Under the pieces are notes generated by a model. It was not told the origin of the DNA. It saw nothing but the letters and a program-made list of their open reading frames with translations, and ran no database searches. Source: Desulfatiglandales bacterium (lineage in GTDB: Bacteria > Desulfobacterota > DSM-4660 > Desulfatiglandales > HGW-15). From it: 64,000 nt of DNA. Shown here in pieces: positions 21,463-31,288 of the stretch. The position numbers and the translations under genes were made by a program. Location of the stretch: the NCBI GenBank assembly GCA_963667015.2, contig CAXXJJ010000001.1:96001-160000 (forward strand), given 5' to 3'. Each line of letters opens with the position of its first letter. Position 1 is the first letter of the stretch.

Positions 21463-21604
21463 GAGGTGGCTCCTTTTTGTTAGTAAATTTAATATCTTAG
21501 CCGATTCAAATATACTAATTTAGGGGCCGCCTTTCAACTATTTTATCAATATTTTCAAACTTTTATCCCTCTTTTTTTTATAAAATTTAACTGCGAAACT
21601 TTAG
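20080..21604 (-). mobile_element. IS4-superfamily (IS4/IS701-like) insertion sequence, apparently intact
   Basis: Perfect 16-bp terminal IR CTAAAGTTTCGCAGTT / AACTGCGAAACTTTAG; flanked by TTATATA direct repeat (or TATAT if the IR is one base longer). Confidence 0.9.
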
Positions 21605-21756
21605 TTATATATTTAGATATATATAAATTCAAACAGATACGGTGTCTTCAGGCTCGTTAATCAAAAAAAACTGCACCTGCTCTTTAGAGACAGGCTTATT
21701 GAGGATGTGGTGGTTGGGTCGGATAATACTTCTAATTATCATTCTGCTGATTTAAA

Positions 21757-22668
21757 TTATCCCTTATATTTAATGAAGGTTCCATCTTTATACTCTTCAA
21801 ATGCGGTTTCAAGCTCCTCCTGTGTATTCATAACAATCGGCCCATACCAGGCAACCGACTCTTTAAGGGGTTTACCCGAAATCAGAAGAAATCTTACACC
21901 CTGTCCTTCGGTGAATACCTTTATTTCTTCTCCATCATCAAATAATACAAGCTCTCCGTTCTGGATAAATGGTTCGCGTTTAATATCAAAATAGTTTGTT
22001 CCGGCAACTTCATAGTTAAAAGGATTTTTCTCTTTACAGAAATATCCCCTGCCATCGATAACATAGGCAAAAACCCTGTGACCCCGCTTTGTCGGGTGAA
22101 TAAAATCGCTATTTGCTGGAACTGAGACATCTAGATACTCGGGATCGATCACAATATCATTAACAGGCCCTTTCACTCCGGCTACTTCGCCGGAAATTAT
22201 CCTCACAGATGTGCCGTTTGAAAGTTTAACCTCGGGTATCTGACTGCTCACGACATCTCTATATTTAGGATTTATCATTTTTTCGTCGGCTGGCAGATTA
22301 GCCCAGAGTTGAAATCCGTACATCCTTCCCTTTGCGTCACCCTTTGGCATTTCCTGGTGGATGATCCCGCTTCCTGCAGTCATCCACTGCACATCACCAG
22401 CCCCTATAACCCCGCTGTTTCCCAGGCTGTCACCATGCTCCACATCCCCTGCAAGGACGTAGGTTATTGTTTCGATACCGCGATGCGGGTGCCACGGAAA
22501 CCCCTTAAGATAATGATCCGGATTATCGGATCGAAAGTCATCAAGCATCAAAAAGGGATCGAACATTGGCACTTCGCTGTATCCGAAAACCCTCTTCAGG
22601 TGAACACCTGCGCCTTCCATGGTTGGTTTACTTTTTAAAACCCTGCTTATTTTACGAGTCTCAGCCAT
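21757..22668 (-). CDS. Pirin family protein
   Basis: 'DPFLMLD', 'HPHRGIETITY' and 'GIIHQEMP' motifs. Confidence 0.95.
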   Translation of the reverse strand: MAETRKISRVLKSKPTMEGAGVHLKRVFGYSEVPMFDPFLMLDDFRSDNPDHYLKGFPWHPHRGIETITYVLAGDVEHGDSLGNSGVIGAGDVQWMTAGSGIIHQEMPKGDAKGRMYGFQLWANLPADEKMINPKYRDVVSSQIPEVKLSNGTSVRIISGEVAGVKGPVNDIVIDPEYLDVSVPANSDFIHPTKRGHRVFAYVIDGRGYFCKEKNPFNYEVAGTNYFDIKREPFIQNGELVLFDDGEEIKVFTEGQGVRFLLISGKPLKESVAWYGPIVMNTQEELETAFEEYKDGTFIKYKG

Positions 22669-22701
22669 CTATGGATACTTCTCCCTGTGATATTTATTTT
22701 C

Positions 22702-23011
22702 TTACTCTGCTTCACTCTGATTCCAGGTATTGTAACAGATGACCTGTGATTCAGGTTTCCGATCCCGCTGACTATGCTCAAGCTGCCTGTGCATTTTTAA
22801 ACCAGTAATTCCCGCCTGACAGGGCGTCGAAGATCTTTGCCAGGGCATCCTCTTCAGTGGCTACCAGAAATCGCCATGACTGATTATTAAAACAGGAAGG
22901 CGCATAGGTTGCCGCAGTCATGATTCTCTGAATGACCTCGCCGGATATCTTTTTATCACTGAACGCCCGGTAGGCTCTGCGAATGTTGATTTCATGAATC
23001 AGTTCACCCAT
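22702..23011 (-). pseudogene. Nitroreductase pseudogene (internal deletion plus frameshift)
   Basis: N-terminus 'RRAYRAF...APSCFNNQSWRF' stops after 77 aa; another frame carries a C-terminal-like 'RDRKPESQVICYNTW'. Confidence 0.7.
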
Positions 23012-23118
23012 AATAGTTCTCCTTCGTGTGGTATTTAAATTTAAAGTACATTCTACTAAAACAGCAATTTCGCCGTTAATGGGTGCAATCATTTATTTTT
23101 GTGATTATTTTTGCTGTA

Positions 23119-24096
23119 TCAGAAATTGCGGCGGAGAAAATTATCCAGAGCGTCTGCTGCAGCCTCCCTGACTTCCTGAGGAAAGGGGCCATTTATTAAC
23201 GATTTTATAAAAGGGATCATAGACTGATCTCCAGACTCACCAAGAAGATAAATTATATCCCCCTTTACACGATCATCCTGATCCGGAAACCTGTTACATA
23301 ATTCAATATTAATCCTGCGGCAGAGATCCTGGCTTTTTTCAATAAGATATTCGAAAACCGCCATGGCCCCCAGCCGAACATTCCATTTAATATCAGTCAG
23401 CACTTCAAGAAATGCCGGGAAGATCTCCCCCCTTGCAGCCATCATTTCTGCCAGCTCTTCCGCCTGTCCCTCATGGATAATATTCTTTATAGTTTCGACA
23501 CCAAGAAGCACCGGGTCCCGTTGTTCAATTACATTTATCAGTTCTTCAAGATCTACCGCTCCGGTCCACCTGAAGCTGTCATCCAGGATAAGTGTCGGCA
23601 CCGAACGGATACTATCCTTTGCGGCCTGTTCGGGAAACAGGCAGCCATCAATTACAGAAACATTTATGGCGTGGTTCATTCTGGCTATTGCCAGGCATCG
23701 GGTAACGACCTGCGGACAGAAGGGGCAGTCGGGTGATACATATATCTTAAGCGCTGCAGGCGTTGTGATTTGGGAAAGAATGGATCTTAACTCGCCGGAC
23801 ATATTTTCCGATGGAAATGAGGTCGATGACAAAGCTCTTAGGAAGGGCATGAATTCGTTGGAAAGGGGGACCGCGTGATAGCTTATATTCTGCCCGATCA
23901 TTATCCAGGATAGCGCATCTTCTTCTTTTTCATGCTTCAGGGTAATTTCAGGGACATGCCCTGCAAGCTCAGAGCAAAACATCTGCATCTGGCGTCCTGC
24001 ATCGTCATCCTTTATGGACAGTCTTAAAAGAGTGTTATTTTTGAGTCCCTGTCGCCAGTTCCCAATCTCTGTTTTTTCCCTGTCTGTCAGCATCAT
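23119..24096 (-). CDS. Thioredoxin-fold (AhpF N-terminal/PDO-like) protein with C-terminal HEAT-like repeats
   Basis: CPFC motif, 'SVPT'; helical C-terminus 'VRLGAM', 'VREAAADAL'. Confidence 0.75.
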   Translation of the reverse strand: MMLTDREKTEIGNWRQGLKNNTLLRLSIKDDDAGRQMQMFCSELAGHVPEITLKHEKEEDALSWIMIGQNISYHAVPLSNEFMPFLRALSSTSFPSENMSGELRSILSQITTPAALKIYVSPDCPFCPQVVTRCLAIARMNHAINVSVIDGCLFPEQAAKDSIRSVPTLILDDSFRWTGAVDLEELINVIEQRDPVLLGVETIKNIIHEGQAEELAEMMAARGEIFPAFLEVLTDIKWNVRLGAMAVFEYLIEKSQDLCRRINIELCNRFPDQDDRVKGDIIYLLGESGDQSMIPFIKSLINGPFPQEVREAAADALDNFLRRNF

Positions 24097-24177
24097 ATGT
24101 GTTTCTATATCAAAATGACATCCATATAAAAACAGATATCTTAATTCAGGGAGTATTTATTCAAAGCTTTGTAATGT

Positions 24178-26106
24178 CTACCCCTCAACGCTTACAAATT
24201 CCTTAAAAGCCCCTTCAGTTACAAGCAGTGCTAAAAGATTCTTTTTAAGGGTCTTGATTGCCTCATATTTGTTTCCTTTATACAGGTAGGGATAAAAACC
24301 ACTGAACATTCCTGAGGTGGCCACAATCTGCCCATGAGATATGGCATGAATCCGGCTGAATTTGCTGATTCTTCCTCCGTTCATTGAATCATACCCGAAA
24401 TCACTGACATGCAGAAGACCGGGACATGGTTCTGAAAGACGTGTAATATACATATCTCCGCCCCGCATAATAAAAAGGATAGTATATTGATCAAGGATAT
24501 TTATGTTGTCAATTCGACTAATTGTCAGTTCATTAACCGGTGCTCCAAGATATTTTTCAGCAAGGGTTACCTGTGATATTGATTTATCAGTCATATCTTT
24601 TGTGTCAGAAGCACTTTGCGTCCATAACATGTTATTTCCGACAACAAGGCCCAGGACGTTAAGCGCAGTTATAACATCCCGTGCGGGGTCTTCCTTGACT
24701 ATTTCAGATTTATGCTCTTCATCAGCCATTTCAACTGACTGACTTTTTTTATCCTGCACAGGTATGGATATTTTTTCTGCCCGGATCAATTTATCCGGCT
24801 CCCCGATATTGACTTGAGTCTTTGATGCCTGGACGGTTTTTTCGATAGGAGATGACTCTTCATCAAATGTGCTGGTCAGTGATTTTTCAGAAAAAGAAAT
24901 CTCCTTTTCCTGTCCGGCTGGTTCTCTTTTAGATGTTGCATCCGCCTGAATATCAATATTCATGGGGTTCTGTAGATCAAATGTCTTATCCTGAAGCGGG
25001 ACGGGCGGAGAAATGCTTAAAAGTAAAATTGAAGGAAAAACCATTAAAATAAAAAGCACCGTGATTCTATCGCGCATATGCATAAAAGGTGTCGGTCTTG
25101 CATTTTCCAGGATTGAGTGAATCCGTGTTGTTGTCTTTGATACAACAGAAACAAAAGGCAGGGTAAGGGCAGGATTTCTGCCTGAATTATGCTGCCAGAT
25201 CTGGTTAAGTAGAAAGTCCGCATAGGAGACGGATTTATTGGTTATATGAATAACATGATTATCACAGATATATTCCAGCTCTTCATGTATTTTTCTTTTT
25301 GCCCAGTGAAAAACCGGATGAAAAAAATAGGCTGCACCAATAATTGATTCAATAAGGAGCCACCAGTTATGGTGCTGCTGAAGATGCTTCAATTCATGAA
25401 GCAGTGCAAATCTTAATCCTTCCCGGAATTCAAGCCTCAAAAGATGACGGGGGATTACAATTGCGGGATTAAAAAATCCCATGACCATCGGAGTCGAAAT
25501 CCCCTCAACCATTAAAAACCTCGGTGTATATCTTAATCCGGTCTCCGATACACTCTTTTGGAGCAATTTAAGAATTTCCGGATTGGTAACAGGGTCTGCA
25601 AGCCTTAATAACCTGTTTGTTTTATAGCCTGCAGCAATTACACGAGCCAGGAAAAAGGAAAAAATTACCACCCATATTATTGCGGCGGCCAGTTTCCAGT
25701 TTCGAATCAGACCAAACATGGTTGCCATGAGCCGGTCCCTTAAACCCTGGGTTGACACCTCATTTTTAATATATTCTTCTCCATTTACTCTGTTCCCGGC
25801 TGAGGCCTCAGGATTATTTGGAATAAAAGGCTCAATTGTAGAGATTGTTTTTTCAGCGGCACTATTATGCAGCTGAAGATAATTTAACTCCAGGCGCACC
25901 GGAATTTTAAGGGATTCAGGAAATAATGTCTTTAAGGGATAAACAAGCGGCAGGACAACAACCAGGGTGCATATGCATAGTTTTGCCTTGCCCTGTATCT
26001 TCAGGGATCTGATCGATAAAAAACTCAACAGCCCCAGAATAAGCAGCAGGACAGATGATATCGATAGATATTCAACAATTGTTTCAGTTGGAATTATTAT
26101 TTCCAT
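24178..26106 (-). CDS. BlaR1/MecR1-like M56 metallopeptidase with non-PBP C-terminal domain
   Basis: 'HELKH' HExxH, 'FFHP', 'EYICD'; start overlaps the end of blaI. Confidence 0.88.
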   Translation of the reverse strand: MEIIIPTETIVEYLSISSVLLLILGLLSFLSIRSLKIQGKAKLCICTLVVVLPLVYPLKTLFPESLKIPVRLELNYLQLHNSAAEKTISTIEPFIPNNPEASAGNRVNGEEYIKNEVSTQGLRDRLMATMFGLIRNWKLAAAIIWVVIFSFFLARVIAAGYKTNRLLRLADPVTNPEILKLLQKSVSETGLRYTPRFLMVEGISTPMVMGFFNPAIVIPRHLLRLEFREGLRFALLHELKHLQQHHNWWLLIESIIGAAYFFHPVFHWAKRKIHEELEYICDNHVIHITNKSVSYADFLLNQIWQHNSGRNPALTLPFVSVVSKTTTRIHSILENARPTPFMHMRDRITVLFILMVFPSILLLSISPPVPLQDKTFDLQNPMNIDIQADATSKREPAGQEKEISFSEKSLTSTFDEESSPIEKTVQASKTQVNIGEPDKLIRAEKISIPVQDKKSQSVEMADEEHKSEIVKEDPARDVITALNVLGLVVGNNMLWTQSASDTKDMTDKSISQVTLAEKYLGAPVNELTISRIDNINILDQYTILFIMRGGDMYITRLSEPCPGLLHVSDFGYDSMNGGRISKFSRIHAISHGQIVATSGMFSGFYPYLYKGNKYEAIKTLKKNLLALLVTEGAFKEFVSVEG

Positions 26107-26497
26107 CTTCGCTCTCCTCTTTCTGAAGTGCGAGTATATCGTTTCTAAGCTTTTCAAACTCTGATTTACTTAGTTTTTCAGAATCAAATAATGTGCTGGC
26201 AAGCTGAACAGGCGATCCTCCAAAGGCCTTCTTCAGGAGCTCATTTACCAGGCGCTTTTGAGTTTTCTGTTTCGAGCAGCTGGGAATGTATACATGGGCA
26301 TGGTTTGATTCATCACGCTTAACGAGCCTTTTCTGGGTCATGATCTGAAGCATTTTCAGAACAGTGGTATAACCTGCGTTTCGTGTTTCATTAAGGATAT
26401 TCTGCACCTCACGAACAGTACTTGGCCCTGCTTCCCATAACACATTCAGTATTGCTAGCTCCACTTCTGTCGGGATAGGAGTTTCATCTTTTTTCAT
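26084..26497 (-). CDS. BlaI/MecI/CopY family repressor
   Basis: 'ELAILNVLWEAGPSTVREV', 'YTTVLKMLQIM', 'AFGGS'. Confidence 0.95.
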   Translation of the reverse strand: MKKDETPIPTEVELAILNVLWEAGPSTVREVQNILNETRNAGYTTVLKMLQIMTQKRLVKRDESNHAHVYIPSCSKQKTQKRLVNELLKKAFGGSPVQLASTLFDSEKLSKSEFEKLRNDILALQKEESEDGNNNSN

Positions 26498-26585
26498 TTC
26501 TACCTCATACCGAATTAATGAAGTACCGGCTGATTATTTGATGTCCGGTACTTCAAGTATAAAATCAAAAAACACTAAACAAAAA

Positions 26586-26999
26586 CTACATTGATTTAAG
26601 ACGTTTCTTGATTTCCCTTTTCTGCACCTCGTCCTTGAACTTATACATCTTGTGAATAATATATGATTCCGTTCCGTGGGAATCTGCAACAATTATATTA
26701 TCAAAGCCGGACTTTACCCGGTTGATGGTCACTGTAATACCTATGCTCTCGCTAGCGGGTAATGAAATAGCAGGACGCTGCAGGACAACCAGGTAAAACT
26801 CATTGAAATTACTTCTAATTATTAGCGACTGATGATCTATGGATTCCCAGCTGTCTATCCGAAAGTTGCTGATTTCCTTTTGTTCCTGAAGCTCATTATC
26901 AAAGTTATATTTATCCGCCACCTTAAATGGCGCTGTCGCACATGCGATTGCCAGAAGCGATAGTATTAAAATACCTGAAAGTTTTGTTATCGCCTTCAT
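26586..26999 (-). CDS. Lipoprotein (DUF6491-like)
   Basis: Lipobox 'AIAC'; 'FRIDSWESIDHQSLII...YLVVL'. Confidence 0.7.
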   Translation of the reverse strand: MKAITKLSGILILSLLAIACATAPFKVADKYNFDNELQEQKEISNFRIDSWESIDHQSLIIRSNFNEFYLVVLQRPAISLPASESIGITVTINRVKSGFDNIIVADSHGTESYIIHKMYKFKDEVQKREIKKRLKSM

Positions 27000-27068
27000 T
27001 TTCTCATCTCCTTATTATTACAGGTTATACATGATAATTATTAATTTTCATTATCATTTACTGAAATA

Positions 27069-27110
27069 AATATACGAACTATTTCGTAAGTGTCAACGAA
27101 TTTATTCGTA
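27069..27110 (-). promoter_or_regulatory. Sigma-70 promoter overlapped by two BlaI-type operators
   Basis: TTGACA-N16-TATATT on minus; palindromes TACGAA-N4-TTCGTA (27073-27088) and AACGAA-N4-TTCGTA (27095-27110). Confidence 0.75.
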
Positions 27111-27306
27111 GAATTGGAAATTAAATTTTATATGTTCCTATCTTAATGATTTTATTATATTTATTAGTATTGATTTGCACTTACTGGGGTTTTGAGACAG
27201 GTTATAAACCTGATAAAATGAGAAAGATGGTCTCCTTTAAGGAATAACTTCAACTGTGTTATAAGTAATCGCCCAAAACAACTTAAACACAGCAAAGGAG
27301 ACCACG

Positions 27307-27564
27307 ATGGATGATACCATTTATGATCACTATATAGCAATTGATTGGTCAGAAATAAATATGGCAATTGCCAGAATGACAAAGAAATCAAATAAAATAA
27401 CAGTAGTAGGTGTACCATCAGACATTAAAGAGCTTCAGGTATATTTAAAGGTTTTAAGTAGTAAAAAGGTATTGGTAATAGAGGAAACAACAGTATCCCA
27501 ATGGCTTTATACCGAATTAAATGATTATGTTGATAAATTGATAATCTGTGATCCCCATAACTGA
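27307..27564 (+). pseudogene. Truncated IS110-family recombinase (N-terminal DEDD domain only)
   Basis: 'YIAIDWS', 'VIEET' and 'IICDP' pattern; ends at 85 aa. Confidence 0.75.
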
Positions 27565-27688
27565 GTTTTCAGAAATGTCATATGAAGAGGTTGGTAAAAT
27601 ATTGGGTATTCCTTCGGGGACAGTAGGTTCAAGAAGGAATAAAGCAGTAAGTATTATGAAAGAAAAATTCAATAAGATATATGGTTAG
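27557..27688 (+). pseudogene. 3' remnant of ECF sigma factor (region 4)
   Basis: Translates ...EFSEMSYEEVGKILGIPSGTVGSRRNKAVSIMKEK; no start codon or region 2. Confidence 0.8.
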
Positions 27689-27960
27689 TTATTATGAGTG
27701 AGAAAATCAATTTTGACAGTCTATTTAAAAACTATGACCCTCCAGAGGGAGGTATTCATGCCCTGAGAGAAAAGTTGGATAAAGTGGAAAGAAAAGGTAA
27801 CCTTTCTTCTATTCCCAAAATTGCATTTGCATCTACATTTGCTGCAGTTATCTTCCTTGCTGTGTTGCTTATTCCCGGTCTGTTAAAGCCGAAAAGGAAT
27901 TTATTTGTTGATCTTGTAAACAAGTCAGGCAACCCTGTGTTTATAAAATATGGTTATATA

Positions 27961-29070
27961 TACGCAGCGACATAATTAATTGCGCAAATTAAACAAGTAT
28001 GTTATGATGCTTTCATGAAAGCATCCAAAATAACAGACACAGAAAATATTATTTTCATCCTCCAAGATGAAATACGCCGGACAGATGAGGCGCGCTACGA
28101 TCATAGGCTTCATGCCATACTTCTTGTAGCTCAAGGTATGAGCAGCAGACAAGCCGCACAGTATCTTGGTGATTCTCCAAGGACTGTAGCATACTGGGTT
28201 CAAAGATTCGAAGCTGAAGGTCTTTCAGGGCTTGCTGATGCAGATAGACCCGGAAGAACTAAAAAGCTGAATCAGGTGCAGATGAATAAAATAGAGATTG
28301 CTTTACGTAATTCACCTATTGATTACGGATTATCAGGCAATCTATGGGACGGCAAAACATTATCTGCCCACATCCAAAAAGAATTTGGAGTCCAGTTAGG
28401 TGTACGTCAATGTCAGCGCATGTTCAGGCAATTAGGTTTTCGGCTAAGGAAACCACGTTCAAAAATCGCTAATGCTGACGCCTCTCGAAAAGAGGACTTT
28501 AAAAAAAATTCTAAAACTTATGAAGGATGATAAATACGACATTTGGGCAATTGATGAAGTTCACTTCCAACAATATGGTTCATGCTGCCGTATGTGGATA
28601 CCTCCAGAAGTCAAAGAACCTATCCTATTGCATCATCCTACACGTGCCAGCGTTGGTTACTATGGAGCAGTAAGACTTCGTGATGGTAAGTTTGCATATA
28701 AGCCTGAATGGGATAAATTTAATGGTGAAACATTTTTTTCCTTTCTTAAGTATTTAAGAAGGATCAGTTCCCATTCAGGTCGAAAAGTGATTATTATTAG
28801 TGACAATGCCAGATATCATCATGCCAAACTGCATAAAAACTGGCGTGATCAATGTTCAAAACAATTTGAATTAATGTATTTGCCTCCATATAGTCCGGAG
28901 TTAAACCCTATTGAACGTGTCTGGAAACTTACAAGAAGGATGGCCGTACATAACAGTTATTTTCCTTCTTTACAAAGTGTAGCTGATGCTATTGAATCAT
29001 TGTTTGATACTTGGTCTTGTGGCAACAATACATTATTAAAGTTATGCGCATTTATTTAAGTCGCACAGTA
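27961..29070 (+). mobile_element. IS630-family insertion sequence
   Basis: Imperfect IRs TAC..GCGAC.TAA.TAA.TGCGCA; TA duplication at 27959-60 and 29071-72. Confidence 0.92.
28015..29059 (+). CDS. IS630 transposase split into two frames (HTH part 28015-28530, DDE part ending 29059)
   Basis: HTH and 'GRTKKL'; 'IDE', 'SDNARYH', 'LPPYSPELNPIERVW'; A8 run at 28501-28508 in the overlap. Confidence 0.9.
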
Positions 29071-29206
29071 TAAAAAAAGGGAATGAAGCGGTAACCATTT
29101 CTGCTGATGCAAGATCACATCTTGCGGCATTACGTGTTGAAACATCAAACGAAAAGGTAAAATTTTATTTGATTGAGAGTACTATGTAAGCAAGGGCAAA
29201 ATAAAA

Positions 29207-29230
29207 GGGCGAAAAATTTTTCGCCCCTAC
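29207..29230. repeat. REP-like palindrome upstream of RAYT
   Basis: GGGCGAAAAATTTTTCGCCC followed by CTAC (GTAG on minus). Confidence 0.8.
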
Positions 29231-29259
29231 AAAAGCCCGACCAGGAGATATAAATAGTA

Positions 29260-29808
29260 ATGAATTCCTCCGGACATAGACGATCCATTCGACTAAAAGG
29301 ATATGATTATTCCACGAAAGGGGCATATTTTATAACGGTTTGTGCATTGGATCGAAAATGTCTGTTTGGAAATATCGAATACGGGGAAATGAGACTTAAC
29401 AAGGTTGGGGAAACAGTCAAAAAATATTGGGAAGAAATTCCCTTGCATTTTCCTCATGTCAAGCTGAATGATTACATAATCATGCCGAATCATATCCATG
29501 GAATACTGGTTATCGAAGATGAAATTGTAGGGGCGAATAATTATTCGCCCTCAAAGGTTGGGTTATCGAAAGGTACATCTAAAACAATCGGATCAGTTAT
29601 CCGTGGTTTCAAGATTGGCGTAACAAAATGGATCAGGCAGCATACCAAAATAGAACATATATGGCAGCGCAATTTTTATGAGCATGTTATCCGGAATGAA
29701 GATGAATTAAACCTTGTGAGGGAATACATACAAAACAATCCAAAACAATGGGAAATGGACAGGGAAAACCCTGATGCTGTTGATCCATCGGATGAATTGG
29801 TTTTTTAG
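29260..29808 (+). CDS. REP-associated tyrosine transposase (RAYT, IS200/Y1 HUH)
   Basis: 'RRSIRLKGYDYS', 'MPNHIHG' (HUH), 'WQRNFYEHVIR', 'YIQNNP'. Confidence 0.93.
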   Translation: MNSSGHRRSIRLKGYDYSTKGAYFITVCALDRKCLFGNIEYGEMRLNKVGETVKKYWEEIPLHFPHVKLNDYIIMPNHIHGILVIEDEIVGANNYSPSKVGLSKGTSKTIGSVIRGFKIGVTKWIRQHTKIEHIWQRNFYEHVIRNEDELNLVREYIQNNPKQWEMDRENPDAVDPSDELVF

Positions 29809-29831
29809 GGTGAAAAATTTTTCACCCCTAC
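29806..29831. repeat. REP-like palindrome downstream of RAYT
   Basis: TAGGGTGAAAAATTTTTCACCCCTAC, with a compensatory C-G to T-A change relative to the upstream copy. Confidence 0.8.
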
Positions 29832-29962
29832 AATGACATGGGATCTTCGACAAGCCAGTGAATGACGGAAGAGGATTTTTGTGCTTTAACCTTCAACATT
29901 TTTTATGGGTTTTCTCTGTGTCCTCTGCGGGCTCTAGTGACCAAAGGGAACGGGCGAGAGAA

Positions 29963-31288
29963 TTAGGATTCTTTTTTTGTTTTGCCTCTCTTGCCGGAGT
30001 TTAGATCCATTCTTTTCTTGATCTCTCTTTCCATTCCCCTGTCCGTGGGATGATAGAAAACAGTGTTTTTGATCTGTTCCGGCAGATATTCCTGGTCGAC
30101 CTTTGCATCAGGGTAGTTATGGGGATAAAGGTACCCCCGGCTGTAGCCCAGTTCTTTCATAAGTTTTGTGGGGGCGTTTCTTATATGAAGGGGAACCGCC
30201 AGTGCCCCTGATTTTTTAATCTCCTTTTTAACCGCCATTTCTGCAACATACAATGCATTGCTCTTCGGCGCGGTAGCGAGATAGACTGCGGCCTCAACAA
30301 GGGCAAGCTCCGCCTCCGGGGGCCCGATCTTTTCCCAGGCCTCAAAGGCGTTTAACGCAACCTGCAGGGCGCTGGTGTCGGCTATCCCGATATCCTCCGA
30401 CGCAAACCTTATCATCCTTCTTGCAATATAAAGGGGGTCTTCTCCAGCCACAAGCATCCTGTACAGCCAGTAGACAGATGCCTGCACATCGCTTCCCCTA
30501 AGGCTCTTATGAAAGGCAGAAATAATGTTGTAGTGTTCTTCACCGTCCTTGTCATAGGGAAGAGATTTTTTATCAAGGGCCGCCTCTACCAGTTCAACGG
30601 TTATCTCGTTATTGCTGTCTTTATCTTCAACAGTATAATGGGCGGCTATCTCAAGGTTGTTAAGGGCGGATCTTGCATCACCGCCTGAAATATCAATTAT
30701 ATGATCAAGGGCCTTTGGGTGCAGCTTGAGCCCAAGTTCGCCGAGACCTTTTTCTCTGTCAATAACAGCCCTGTTGATTATCTTTTTTAATCCCTCCTCA
30801 TCAAGGGATTTGAGGACCATTACCCTTGCCCTTGAAAGGAGGGGCGGGATTACCTCAAAGGAGGGATTCTGTGTTGTAGCACCAACCAGGATGATAAGAC
30901 CGCTTTCTATATGGGGAAGGAAGGCATCCTGCTGTGCCTTGTTGAACCGGTGTATTTCATCAACAAAAAGGATCGTGGATTCCCCGGTTTCAGCTCTTTC
31001 TTTTTCCGCTTCTCCAAGAATTTCGCGAAGATCCTTTAGCCCGGATGTAACCGCAGAAAATGCTCTGAAGGATTTTTTTGTATACCTTGCTATGAGTCTT
31101 GCAAGGGTAGTTTTTCCTGTCCCCGGGGGGCCCCAGAATATTACTGAAAAAATTCTCCCCGAATCCAGCGCCCTCCTTAAGGCACATTTAGGACCAAGGA
31201 GATGTTCCTGTCCTACTATGAGGTCAATATTATCCGGCCTTATTCTTTCAGCAAGAGGAGTCTCGGGTTGTGCTGTTTTGTCTGCCAT
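29963..31288 (-). CDS. rarA: Replication-associated recombination protein A
   Basis: 'PLAERIRP', 'WGPPGTGKTT', 'FVDEIHRFNKAQQD', 'ASEDIG'. Confidence 0.97.
   Translation of the reverse strand: MADKTAQPETPLAERIRPDNIDLIVGQEHLLGPKCALRRALDSGRIFSVIFWGPPGTGKTTLARLIARYTKKSFRAFSAVTSGLKDLREILGEAEKERAETGESTILFVDEIHRFNKAQQDAFLPHIESGLIILVGATTQNPSFEVIPPLLSRARVMVLKSLDEEGLKKIINRAVIDREKGLGELGLKLHPKALDHIIDISGGDARSALNNLEIAAHYTVEDKDSNNEITVELVEAALDKKSLPYDKDGEEHYNIISAFHKSLRGSDVQASVYWLYRMLVAGEDPLYIARRMIRFASEDIGIADTSALQVALNAFEAWEKIGPPEAELALVEAAVYLATAPKSNALYVAEMAVKKEIKKSGALAVPLHIRNAPTKLMKELGYSRGYLYPHNYPDAKVDQEYLPEQIKNTVFYHPTDRGMEREIKKRMDLNSGKRGKTKKES

Larger units (their letters stand above)
27694..29189 (+). pseudogene. 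Single-TM anti-sigma-like gene interrupted by IS630
   Basis: Removing 27961-29072 restores an in-frame 127-aa ORF ending ...VKFYLIESTM*. Confidence 0.75.
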
